From Marsupella aquatica (taxonomy: Eukaryota > Plantae > Marchantiophyta), in NCBI GenBank assembly GCA_973895155.1, contig OZ316898.1, positions 9,497,661-9,561,660 on the forward strand: a DNA stretch of 64,000 nt. Direction: 5' to 3'. The position numbers were made by a program, and so were the translations under genes. This document shows positions 12,851 to 25,905 of the stretch, piece by piece. The notes beneath the pieces are model-generated. The model did no database searches. It was not told the origin of the DNA and saw nothing but the letters and a program-made list of their open reading frames with translations. Numbering within the stretch: position 1 is the stretch's first letter; the number at the start of each line of letters is the position of its first letter.

Positions 12851-15800
12851 ATTGCAAGTTTAATAGTTACTTTATATTTTCAAGATCTTATGCAAAAGTT
12901 GTAGTTTAGGGTTTAAAAATAATGGTATTTAACTTGGTTTTTATATATTTTCAATAAATTAAAATTGTCAAGCACAAAAATGATGTAGGTATACATTGTA
13001 TCTTAAAGTACAACAGACTATTTGACTTCAGCCTTTGGGGCTCGGTATGAAAAGTGACGACAAGGCAGACGACTCAGTCTGTGGGCGATTCATATTCACA
13101 CACTTTTGGGCCCCAAAAGAAGACAAATATATATATATATATATATTCCAATTGTGGGTTCTTTTTGCATGAAAGCTTTTTGGGCATTGGGAAATTAACG
13201 AACAAGCTCAAAGCTCCCACAGATTAAAAATACATTTTTTTTAACATTAGTTTGCATTATTCTAAATCTGAAAAGTAAAAATGCAATACAAAGTCAGATC
13301 CCGAGTCGGATGTTGGGTGACTTTGCTGGAATCAAGGGCATTTACAAGGCGTGGGGGCTGTTTCTCCATCCAAAGCAAAGCCAAGGTCAGTTGCATATAC
13401 TAAAGTTACCAGGCCCATCATCGAGCGGTAGGTTAACTTGGGCACAACTTAACCATAGTTAAGGGCTGCCAACATTAGTGGAGACTCATATATTTCTGTG
13501 AGATTGAACATTTCATTGTGCGTACACTTAGATATCACTAGGTTCATGAGTGAGAGACTGAAGAGCTAGGGAGAGATGAGGACCATTAATAGCAATGTTT
13601 GCCAGGCTATGGTCAATGTATTCCAATTATTTATTCTGAGTTTTCTCTCAACCCTGGACTCAGTGCAAACATGGTGCACCACTTATTTATGTGCCGTTAT
13701 CAATATCTGGCTGTACACTATCTTGAGACAATATCGGATTACTCCCTTCAAGATCAATTTTTGATTATTGTCACATTTTGTTTACATTTCACTAATATGT
13801 ATTAAAAAGAACAAGAAAAAGAGAGCTTGGTTCCAATTTCAAGGGGCTAGTATGCACACATTAATGTTGAAGTACTGAGAAGGGCTTAGAGCTTTTTACT
13901 AACCCCCATGAGAAGTTTATTCCAAAATTTCTGGATGCACATGCAAGTTTCCCCATCAACATGACTTGTCACAATTGAAACAAGAACAAATTCTCTCATT
14001 AATTGTTTACCTACATTTTTGTCACCCTCATAACATTATGTGCTAACCTCAAAGACCAATTGAGGATATGAATGAAATGGAGTGAAGATGCACATTTAAA
14101 ATCTTTTGCAGATCTTCAAGGACAGAGTATTCAAAGTGCTCCTTGTTACAAGAGAAGCATTGTATGAAAAACATGATTTTCATTAACTCCACATCCAAAA
14201 AATTACTCGAAGTGCTCCTTGTAACAAGTGTAAGGCTATCTGAAAAATAGGATTCATTAACAATATTTCAAAAAATTTAAATCTTAAGAAGCTCTATAGC
14301 AATAAATTAGTCAAAACTAGTTATAACAAGATGATGGTCTCTGAAAACTAATATTCTGCAACAATGTTTTTGCAAATTAATTAGTTTTTATCCCCACAAT
14401 GAAAAATTTACTAGGATCCTTGTAATAAGAGTAGTGCTCTATCAAAAAGATTTTGTAAGAACATTTCCAAAATTTATATAATTAGTCATTCTGCAAAGTA
14501 TCTATGCCCTAGAATCTCAAGAAAAGGTGTAGAAAATTGAGCTAATTTGGGCTTGAGATTTGCCCCTAGCCTCCGTGGTACGTAGAAATTGTTTATTTGG
14601 TTCATGAGTCATTTTGCTTTTTGGGGGGCGGGGCTTATAAACATAAAAAATAGTCGTGAGGAAATTAAACTGTTTATTTGAAATTTTACCATTGAGCAAA
14701 ATTACTTGGCGGTATGAATAATTAAGATAAGAAGCACTCAATCTACTCCAAATTTCATAAACCATGATTCATGCCAAATAAAGTATTTAGATAAGGACCT
14801 AAATGTACTTTATATTTTATCTTTTTTTATTAAACTCTTAAAAATGGTTAGAGTAACTATAAGGAGGGGAAAGAGTATTGGGAGAATGTAACAAAGCTCA
14901 TATGGGTCCATCCTGGCTTTAAGTTTGGATATTCTTAGAGAATAAAGCATTGAAAAAATGCCAACTGAAAAATCATGAGGGGTATTAAGTAAATCATGAG
15001 GGGTATTAAGTATGTAGTAACCCCATTGCAATGACATTGTGGGTTATAATGTCCCACAAAAATAGGCATCCTTCCAAGTTTTAAGAATTTATGAATATAC
15101 TTTTATAGTTGATGGTATTGGACAATGTTAGGGTCATTCGGAAAACTCAGTCTATTAAAAACATATTGAAGGCAGCATTCAAGCCCACTATTCATCCATA
15201 GACCCACAAAGGCATCACTATGCTGTAGTTCAGTTGAGTGGACACTAGTAGGTTTTGGGTTCAAATATTATAATTGACTCTTCCCTTTTTGTGAGGTTTT
15301 CACAGATTTCCCCTTTTTAAATAACTAAAAACAAAATCCCCTTTTAAAATAAATAAAATAAAATTGATTCATAGACATGGGAGCCCATGATTGGGAATAG
15401 TTTGAAGAGCATTTAGACTTATAATTCCAAGCTAACTGTAAAAATTTGAAAGAATGGAGAGAAAAAAATAGCAATGACACTAAGTGATTCTCCATTCTCC
15501 ATTTTGAAACAATGTGAGAACAAACCAATAAAGTTTATAAAAATCAATTTAAAAATCAATTCATTTATTTAAAACTCCAATTTTGAATTATAGTAATTAT
15601 AATCAAACACTTATTTAATTTGATTATAATTATTAGCTCCGTAAAATTAAAAATAACCTTCATTTGAGTGCTTGCATGGTCTATTCTAACATTCCAACAA
15701 GTGATTCCCAAGGACTTTGATATAACATGCAAGATAATTAGACCAAAAACCTCTCTGATTGAATTTAAGAACCATTAGAGGGAAATGATTGGGAGGACTG

Positions 15801-17708
15801 GGTCCCAAACTATAATTCGTAAATGCTCACAATTAGAATGTCAAAGAGCACTATGTGCATAGAAGGGTCCCAAACTATTTTCTGTAAGTGCTCATATTAA
15901 TTAGAATGTCAAAGAGCGCTCTGTACATAGAAGTCCACAACTTACTCTGATCCATCTAAGCAACAACTTGGAGAAAGCTCAAATAATTTTCGTTCTCAAA
16001 GTATCAACTTGAGAAAGCTCATTCAAATAATACTCAAGATACTCACCTCTCCAATAATACTTTTCCTATCTATAGATTTTGAAAGAGTAGAAAAAGTGAT
16101 GCTCACCCTCTCAAATAATACTCTCCTTTGTATAGATGTTCACCTTTTTACCGAACGGAAAAAAAGTGCTTGGTTCATCTGAGGGCAAACATTGTCGTCC
16201 ATCCAATTGAAAATCCAACCCGGCTTTCCATTTGTCTTTGGAACCGTGTAGAAAAGACCTCCATGCAGAACATCGTCAAAGGTTCAAGAGAATCCCGAGG
16301 GTTTGCAAGGCACCTTCCTCGGTGTGTCCTTTTTTTTCGTATTTGCGAAATCAATGCCTTCTAGAGCGTTTAGGATCCTGCCTGGCACTTGCCAATGCGC
16401 AGATCCGGATTTCCACATTCAGATACAGGTACGCGTGTTGGCATGCTTGTGTTTGTGGTCTGTCAAAAGTTGAAAATTAAACTGGGAGGAACTTACGCTG
16501 TCAATCACAACATCACCTTTGTAAAGTAGCGGACTAAATTGACATACAATGAGCAGCATTCTGTGAACCTTCGTGAGTCTGTACTGTAGAGGTCGATGGA
16601 GGAGATACGATAAGAATGGAACTGTTGCATCGGCTTTAGCATCAGAGTGAACGAAGTAAAAAGCGGACATTTCAGAGGCTATGGTCAGAAACTAGAATGA
16701 TCACAAACTTTCTAGCTCCTCAGGCGAAAATCCGTGTCGCATGTCTGCATCTTCACAACTTCATTTCTTGCAGGCCTGACCGGAGAGCAATGGTCGATTC
16801 AGAGAGAAAAACTCATGGTCGTTGAGTGCCTTGTTGGTCATGTTCGTGGGAATCGAAACATTTGGGTCAGGATTTCGGTGATGTATGTAGCTTGCAGGGT
16901 TGCTGGAGAACGGACGCTCGGAAACGATTCGGAATTTTTGATTGTAAGTTTTGATACCTCAACTATTTGAATTAGTGAGTCCAATTGCTAGTGATCTAAG
17001 ATCTATTAAGGAAAGTTACTACCCCGATGGTTGTTTCATGTCTGAGGATAGTGGTAGCTGTACGTGTTTGTGATGGAGTATTTGCACTGCATCGATCTAT
17101 CAAGGAAAGTTTTGATGATCCGTTTCACCAGAGTTTGATGATCGCGTGTTTACTTGACGGCAAGCTGGACGTGTCAATTTTATTTATTGTAGTTTTTTGC
17201 TTCTACTTTGTTTTGTCACTAGGCTTGCGAGGGCCCCTCTTCAGAAGTTACAGAAGCAGATCAAAAGCTCTACAGGCCACACATTTGGCAATCTGCTCGG
17301 GCTACACTGGACAGCACTCACGGGAAAAATCCCAGCGTTCAAGGATGTTTACAAGATTGAAACTAGTGTCATGGCGTACGACTCAACTGGCGGCCAGCTT
17401 TGAATTGATTGGGGACCGCCTCAATCTGGAGTTATATTCTGAAATCAACTTTCATCCGCGCAAGAGATTCAACTCGTGTGCCTTCTGTCCCACCTGCCCT
17501 TGCAAGCCCAGCTAACGAAAGCTCTCTTTTGCCCAAATCGCCGCAAACTTCGTCAGAAAGAATCAGATTATTCAGCCTGGAATGTCACGAGGTTTCGGGA
17601 AAGTTTACGACTGACCGTACCCACGAGACACCCAGGGAATATTTCTAGTACCTCACATAGGAAAGCCCCTTTGCATCTTCAGATTGTAGATTCTGGATTA
17701 AGAAAATC

Positions 17709-19557
17709 ATGGCAGAAACTGCATGTGGAGAAAATTTGCCTTTCATAATATCTATAGGGACCATCGTGTGTGATGTCCTCGTAAACCTGTTTTGTAACGA
17801 CATTTCGAACGCCGTGCAGCAGTCAACCTACCTGGTGACGAGATTCACACCGTATATCGTTTGGTTTACGTTGATACTGTTGTGGGTTCTTTTCAAAGGT
17901 GGGATGAAAAAAGTCTCATATCTTCGAAAGTATGAACCTTTCGTGCTCTTTGTTGGGACAGTTCTCTGTGACGTCCTGATCAACCTCGTCTGCAGTGATA
18001 TCTCTAGAGAAACTCAGCAGCAAACGTTTGAAGGCGAGAGATATCTCCCTTATGCCGTATTGTCAGCAACGGCATTGCTCTGGTTCGTTGTGAAACGGAT
18101 GCTGGAGAGTCGGCCACATGCTGAGACTCGGCAATCTAGCACTCAACGAACTGCCACACCTCACGGCATATTCCAGGTTAGTACCCACTGTTGTCAACTT
18201 GTGCGTGTCGATCAGCTGCTCAAGAATAACAATGCTGAGAGTCGGGCAGAGCTTCCATTCGCCCTTTTTGAACTCAAGCTGTTTACGTGCATTTCTTGCC
18301 CCAGCCTCAAGAGTTCTATACTTTCGAAAGTAGGGCTCATGATCCTAATGTGTACACCTCATGATTATAATGCAACAACTTCAAGTTTTTCTATGTAGAT
18401 GAGACGGTACTAATTCTGCATATCTCGAAGGCCTCGCGCTAAATTTGGCATCCAAAACACTCCAGTTTATGATTCTTGCTCAGAAATTGACGCTTTGCTC
18501 TATTTTTAGCTCAACGACTCGGTGTGGGAGTTTCATGCGCCAAGCTGTGGGATTCCTGAGATGGATGTCATCTTCTTTCACGGTTTGGCGCTTTCTAAGA
18601 ACTCGTTTTGGAAGACATGGCTGGTCAGAGATACCGACCAAGTGGTTTGGCCAAAGGAATGGCTGGGCACCGCATATCCAAATGCTAGGATCATATCCAT
18701 CTCCTATTACCATGCTTTCGCTGCAGCTGAAAGGCATGGTGAAAGGCATGGTGAGCTTGATCAGGATTTACTGAAGAGAATTTTGGTCAAGGATATCATT
18801 CTGGCCAAACATCTCAACATCGGGCAAAATTGCCCAGTAATCCTCATAGGGCACAGTGTGGGAGGAATCGTCATTAAAGACTTCCTTCTCACTGCGGCGA
18901 GCATGCAACGAGCAGCTGTTCCCCCAATCACCAACCGGGTGAACACGTTTCTTGGGAACATTCGGGGACTATTCTACTACGGTATCACCGACGACCGTTC
19001 AAAAATTGAGGAATTGGCAAAACAAAGCAAGAATCGAACTTTGCTCCTCACAATCGTAGCCAGGAGACTCGAAATCGACGAAGAGTTTCGACAGCGAACT
19101 GAGTTGCATGCGCGCTCATTTGCTGTACTGGAGGGACGTAAGACGAAGTATGTGGTGAGTACGCGGCACACATCTTAGATCTTGCAGATTGAATGTGTGC
19201 ATGTTTCGGGTAAGTTTCGAAGAAATGTGTTAAATAAACAAATATCCTTTCAGTTGAAGTAAACCTGAGATGATGTTTTGTCTACGCAATCCTTCAATAA
19301 AATATTGGTAAACTAATTTGTCACTCCAGTTGATCGACCTGTTATTTATTCGATCGATGCAGAGATTTCATCATTTGGAGGTGGGCGAGGCACGATCGGT
19401 TCGGTACGAGGTTGATAAGTACATTGATACGACGTCAGATCATTTTGCGGTCTGTAGGCCAGCCTCAAAGGAGGCTGCAGCTTATACGATACTGCAACAA
19501 TTTATTGCTTCTTCCTTGGCGGACGGAATGATAAGACAGTATGCAGGATGTAAGTAA
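17709..19557 (+). CDS. SERAC1-like alpha/beta-hydrolase with a duplicated hydrophobic N-terminal module (predicted exons 17709-18176, 18510-19154, 19363-19557; ~435 aa)
   Basis: DVIFFHGL, WPKEWL, nucleophile elbow GHSVGG and C-terminal DHFAVCRP. Phase-0 GT-AG introns join the three ORFs in frame. A possible extra donor (GTAAGT at 19550) could extend the gene. Confidence 0.75.
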
Positions 19558-22500
19558 CTACAGTATTCCCATCTTAGACTGCCCTGCATCCAGCACATCG
19601 GGACCAGTTGGGGCCGATGCTGAATTTTTCTATTTACTCTCCGGTCCGTTTCATGAACAGTTTACTTGCTGTAGCATAAAAAACTCTGCTCATGAAAACT
19701 TGGGTACGAACGATTACATGTGTGCTCTAAACATCAGACATCATGAAGAAGCGAACCAGATTTTGATAGCTTGACATGTTGAGGCCCTGACCAACCAGAT
19801 GCGGCCCCCACTAAGGCCAAACAGAGAGAGAAGAAGACCGGTTCTTTCGATTTGCACCTGGAATCATATGCCTCTAGTATAAAAAACTTTGGCAGTGCAT
19901 TGCGGACCCCAGCTCAAATCTACTGTAGCTGTGTGTCTTGAAGGTTACTCGGTTTCTAAAAAGGTTAGAAGCACCCAGTCCAGCCGAAGCAATCTAAGCT
20001 GTTTGATGTCAAGTTTACTGAAGAACATCGAGACAGAAGTTACCTAAACTAATTAAGAGAGTTGATGTACATGTCTCTCGATCCGCTCTCACTCTTTCCT
20101 CAGCCCTCGAACTGTCTAGCTTCTCATCTACACGTGCCGTTGTTCTTTTATTATCAACAGAACGCAAACCCGAGACCGGACAGACTGGCCAAACGTATCT
20201 AACAATGTCTAGTTATTCATGGGCCTCGTTTGGGCCACAGTGATCTTCCTCTGTTTGCTTGCAATTTCTTTTTCTGTTTCTCGTTCTGTAGCAAAAAGTA
20301 GATTCAATCTGTCTCGACAATCTGGCTTGGTTTTGCTAACCAATATCGTGGATTGGGATGATCGACCTTAAATTTGCAGTGGTTATTCGACGGTTCTTGC
20401 CCGGCTTTGGCGTTGGTGGGGGCGTAAACGGCAGGCCGGCCACTCCCGCTGCTGCTTTTGTTGGGACCTCGCCGAATCCACCTGCAAGCAAGGAGGCGAC
20501 GAAAGAACCACAGACAACTGTCTGAACAGGAATTACCTAAGGTCGACTTTCTTTCGTTCTCGTTTGGTTCCAGTGGCGGACTTGAGAAAAGGATGCGGCT
20601 GGATTCTGCTCGATAAATAAAATTGTGCGTTGCTGCATTCTAGCTACGAATACTCTAGTTGGTTTGTCCTTTATAATTATATCTAGCAAATTTGATCTTC
20701 GTCTTTCGTCGGGCTGAGAAGCTAATAACCGAATACTTCAATGCGAGCTTCAGTGTCAGTAAACGGAATTAAGCTCGAATGGAAGGTTCCCTTCTCCTGT
20801 GAAGGATCGATCATGCCAATATAGTTGTAGTACAGTCATCTGGAAGCTGGTCTACTCCGATTTAGTTGGAAAGGGTAGTCAGTAAGATATATTGGGGATG
20901 CCGAGAATTCAGTTACCAGCTAGCACAGGGCCAAGCTAGCTAGGACAAGGAAAGAGAGGACGCCAAGAAAATACTGACTGGTATCATTTGGTCACTGGTA
21001 GCTTCACAAGTATGTCGATTTGTAATTTTAAGTTTTTTTTTCAAAGTAATAAAAAAAGGTTTTGATTGAAATGGTTTGCTGGAACACTTGAGAGCACTGA
21101 GCTGTGCACATTCTTTCATTTGTCTGGCGACGATCCGTCGCTTTAGTGTGGGACTCACAGCTATTTTCGCTACACATGGACCGGACAAATGTGTACCCTA
21201 GATTCCAATTCTCGGGTCCATTTCTAGGTTACTAGCTCGCTGGTGGACATCCGTAGATTGTGGTAGGACATTTCTTTCAACGCATCGATCAGATCTTCAA
21301 TTATCTGTGAAGTTAGCTTGCTATTCGACTCCGTTGAATGAGCCCCCCTGGTGTTATTTCACAGTCTTTACTTTTGATGTATATGAATATCACACGCAAA
21401 GAACAAAAAGGGAGACAAGATTGGAGGCCAAGATCCCAAAGCCAGAAGATCCCCAACTCTCGCATGTTGACGCCATCTCCCGTTAGTACTACTGCGATCG
21501 ATCATGTTGCCACCTCGTACGAACATGTCATGAGACCACAGAACCACGTACGATTTGGTTGTAGCTGAATTACGCTAGATTGTACACGAAGACACGACCC
21601 ACATATCCATGGGGTAGGGTGGTCCTGAAACGAACAACTGAAACTGAAGGATTTACTCGGTCGTAATCCAAAAACCATAGCCACATATATTCCACATTTG
21701 GAGGTCTGTTCACTTCATTAAGCTGCATGTGATTTTCAGAGGTGCCTATTTAAACCGCAAATACGGGGGCAAGGGGCTCTGGGTCACCCTGAGTCCTCAT
21801 ACCCAGGTGCATCCACCCTTAGCTATCAGATGCACCCTTAGCTATAAGATAAGATCTATGGTTCAAATGGTAGTTCTGGTTGAGATTTACTTCTGTGAAA
21901 AAAAGCAGGAAAAATGGTTGCCTGGATATTTTGCGAGAAAAAACAAAAAAACAAAAAGGGCAATCTGATTGGCTAAATTTGAAATTTGAATTTCGGGGGG
22001 AATGGTAGATCTGAGCCGTCTGTATTTCTTGTCTCCAAAAATCTAGTCAATCCATCATAGTGGACAATCTATGGTTCAAAAGAAAGATCTCAAAGAGATT
22101 TATGGATGAGTTTTGTGGGTTTTGTAAATGGGTTAATATTTTTCAAATGAAAAATAAAACAAATTCAAATCCTTTTTCAGATGAAAAATAAAACAAATCC
22201 AAGCCCTCCTAGCAGTCCATGTAATGCAGGTTTCTTGCCCTATACCTTCCACCCCCTTCAAACCCTTCAACCACTCCAGATTTACTAAACAATATTGAAC
22301 TTAGTTGAGATTTATGTGTGCCTGTGCCTCCACTCCGGTCAAAGCTAACACTCAGTCTGGGGCCAGTTGATGACCACAATACCAGAGTCAAGCACAGGCT
22401 GGCAGCGGGCATCACACACAGTCTATTCAATGCTAATCCACAGTGTCTTATTAGCCCCGAGATTACCTTTTGTTCTTAATATTAATTTTCCCTATTTTTA

Positions 22501-25357
22501 TAATTGTTCATAGTTACCCATGCCTGTTTACTTTTTCTGTCTTTTTGAGTTACAAAACATCTATAGTAATATTCTCCAATACTCCCGCCAATACTGTAAG
22601 ATAAATATAATCCAATATTGCAGCCAATACAGGTAAGGTAAATATCATCTTAATGTTTTTCTAACAAAAAAGTGATGTAGTAGAGGTGGCCTCCTATATG
22701 AGAAGTCATAGTTAAACTCATTAAGGATCACTAGTTAGTTATAGTAGGTGTGTGAGTACCTAACTAAAAAGATAAGTGCCAAGAAGCTTGGAACTTGACT
22801 TTGGTAACATGTTTCACCCCCCAAGTCTCATAAATTCCTTGTCGTGGTGGTCTCAATCTCTGCGCAGCCTGCCAACACAAATTAAGGCAGGGAGTGTTGT
22901 GTGGGGAATGTATAGCTGAGTGTTGTCTTTTGAAGAGGACGGTGATTATTTGGGAACTAAGGGGGGCTTTACAAGACCGCGGGGGCCGTTCAGTCCCTCC
23001 TCTTCCAAAGCAAAGCCGGGGGCCACTTAATGAACTAAAATTAGTAAACCGGGGCAAACACACTACCAGGCTGCAGCGAACGGCGCCCAGCCTCATGTAA
23101 AGTGAACAACGCCCACTTTGAGAGATGGGACACAGAAAAGACAGAAACAAGGGCCAGCTGTCTGATAACTCCCAAATTGACGGGGAGGAAATATGTGATT
23201 GCGCGGGAGAAGATCGTCAAGCTCAGTCTTTCTTTCAATTAATGGTGGATCTTCAAGCGTTGGAGAGAAGAGAGCTTGATGAGCAACAGGTCCTTCTGTT
23301 TATGGACCCATACAGAGAGATCTACTGTGGCCAAAAACTAGAAAAATCAAACTTCAGCTGTGAAATTTTGTTCAACTGGGAAGACGCTGATACAGACGCA
23401 CATAGCAACATTGAATCATGGAACCTAGAGAAATTTCGTCAAGTGAGAGCCATGATTTGTACAAAGAAATTGAGGCAGAAGAAACGTCCGACGAAGAAGA
23501 CCAATGCACTGTTGAATATGCTCGTGAACAGGTCAGAAGCTTTTCTTGTTCCTGTCCCTGCCAAGTTTGATTGTGGAATTTCGTTTTTGCATTTTCAGAT
23601 TGCAAAATTGTCCTCTTATCAATTATTTGATTACACGATGCAGCCTGACAGGAGGAAACAAAAATTCTGGTAATAATTTGCCTCAATTTGGTGTTGCAAG
23701 TCATCGTGGCTAAAGTCATACAATCACAGCAAGCTGCTTTGGTTACAGCAACAAACACAATGCATCTATTTAATTGCCTCATTGGGGACCGACGGCTTTT
23801 GCGATTGCATCCTAGATCCATTTGGAGGTTGGACCGTGAATCTCCATTTGTGGATAGAACATTGTTGGCTTCTCATACTGAAAAAGAGTTCACAAGAAGG
23901 TTACGTATCAAGCCTTCCACATTTTTTTACCTCTGTTCTCTAGTTGCCCCAGACATGCAGAAGTCAAAAAAAGGTGGAGCTATTCCATTGGAAAAGAGGG
24001 TTGCTTTATCATTGAACAGACTAGGTACAGGTAACTACTTGCTTGGTTGTGCTGACCTGTTTGGAATGAGCGAAAGCTTGGCCTGTATTGTTGTGAGACA
24101 ATTCTGTCAAGCCGTTTTGAAATACATTCGTCCACTTGTGGTTCCGAAATGGACTTCAAAATCTCTGAAAAATTTAGCAGCCCAGTTTGAAGCTAAGCAT
24201 GGGTTGCCTTTTATTATGGGAGCCATAGATGGCTCTCATATTCCCATCATTGCCCCTGAGGGGGATCCGGCACCTTTCTATAACAGAAAGGGATTTTATT
24301 CTGTTCTCTTGCAAGGCATTGTGGACACGGAAACAACATTTTGGGATTGGGACTTTGGATGGGCGGGTTCTCTACATGACTACACCTTATCTGTAAACTC
24401 AGTGATGGGAAGGAAAACTATTAGGGGAGATTTCCGTCCATATAAACTCATAGGTGATGCTGCATATCCCATCCGAACTTGTATGTATATTCCTTTTAAA
24501 GGAACAAAAGAACAACTTGAGCCTTTCAAAACACATTGGAATTTCATCCAGAGTTCTACCAGAATGTGTGTAGAACGGGCATTTGGAATTTTGAAAGGCA
24601 GGTGGCGGATTCTCTTGAGACGCATAGAAATGAAGATTGATCATGTTGCTGACGTGGTCGGAGCATGTATATGTCTGCATAACTTATGTATTATGCACAA
24701 GGATTTCGGAGATGAGCAGCTCGTAGCAGATGCAAAATTGTGGCTGAAGGAGCAATGTGTCACACCATTCTGAGTAGTGTAGTAGTATATCGTGCTATTA
24801 GAGTATGTACGTTTGGTATGAGTGCTATTGGAGCCGATAAGGTTCTGTCAGGTTTGTGTGAGAGGGTACTTCTCACTTGTGAGACATTGAAAGGTCATCT
24901 TTCAATGTTGAGCCTTGGAGAGAGAGGAGCTTGAGTGTGGCTATGGTGGCTGTGAGCTCCGCTTGTGTAACGAGGATTCCTTGAGTAGTGCAAGGTGCAT
25001 TGGCTTGACATACGTGTGTGATCGGATCGGTGCGGGATCGATGGGGTATTGTTGACCGAGATCGTTGTGCCGATTGTATGGAGATTACATTGAAAGATCA
25101 CATTCGAAATCTGTTGTACGGACTGTGCGGACAGAAGTTCGATTGATTGAGTTGTCGATGGTTCGTGGTAGCTCGGATCGTGTGTTGTTATCGAACAGAT
25201 CGTTGGTATCTTGACCTGTATCGTTGTTGTCCGATCGGCTTGCTTCCCGATCGATGTACAGATCTGTGATTGGTGACAGGTTTTGAGTTGGAGGTCGATT
25301 GATGATTCGTGGAGGAAAGCGAATGTTGAGTAGATGTTGGACAGTGGAAGTCGATCC

Positions 25358-25449
25358 GTGAGGCTTCAGATCCGATTGCCGGCTACTGTGAGGCTTCAGA
25401 TCTGATTGTCGGCTACTATGGGGCTTCAGATCTGATTGCCGGCTATTGT
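25358..25449. repeat. 3 x 30-bp tandem repeat in the retroelement 5' region
   Basis: Unit GTGAGGCTTCAGATC(C/T)GATTG(C/T)CGGCTA(C/T)T. Confidence 0.9.
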
Positions 25450-25685
25450 TGGACGATGTTGGCAAGGCGCAGGTGAAGCGACGGCTCTTTTCCTGAAGGA
25501 ACGGAGCTGCCAATGCCCCGTGCGATGGTATCATCATTTCAGTGAAAGAAACGAGGGTCAAAGGTGTTGAATCAAGCTGCTGCCAGTTCTGTGGAAGGGC
25601 TGCATTTTTCATGAAGGAAATCGACAGTTTTCGGGAGCTTTTCATGAAGGAAGTAGTCATTTTTGGGGTCAGGTGTGAGGCGCAC

Positions 25686-25905
25686 GAGGTCACCCATCCC
25701 GAAAGTGCTCGCGCGAGGTGACACGTGAGGTCACCCATCCCGAAAGTGCTCCCAACCGTGAGCGCGAAGTCACCCATCGCGAGCGCAGGCAGGCGCGAGG
25801 TCGAGGTCACCCATCCCGGGGCTATTCCGGGCCGTGAGCGCGAGGGGAGGCACAAGGTCGAGCGCGAGGAGGTCACCCATCCCGGGGCTATTCCCAGCCG
25901 TGAGC
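25686..25905. repeat. Cluster of GAGGTCACCCATCCCG / GAGCGCGA motifs
   Basis: About five copies of GTCACCCATC with variable spacers. Confidence 0.85.

Noticed and set aside
15220-15270. B-box-like GGGTTCAAAT, possible tRNA/SINE (a similar motif occurs at ~48254)
   Set aside because: No cloverleaf, convincing A box or TSD.
17027-17748. ORFs upstream of the hydrolase as additional coding exons
   Set aside because: They are interrupted by stops and have no recognisable domain; may be UTR.
25686-25905. Repeats with variable spacers suggesting a CRISPR-like array
   Set aside because: The repeats are short and irregularly spaced, the spacers are related to each other, the context is a eukaryotic TE and there are no cas genes.
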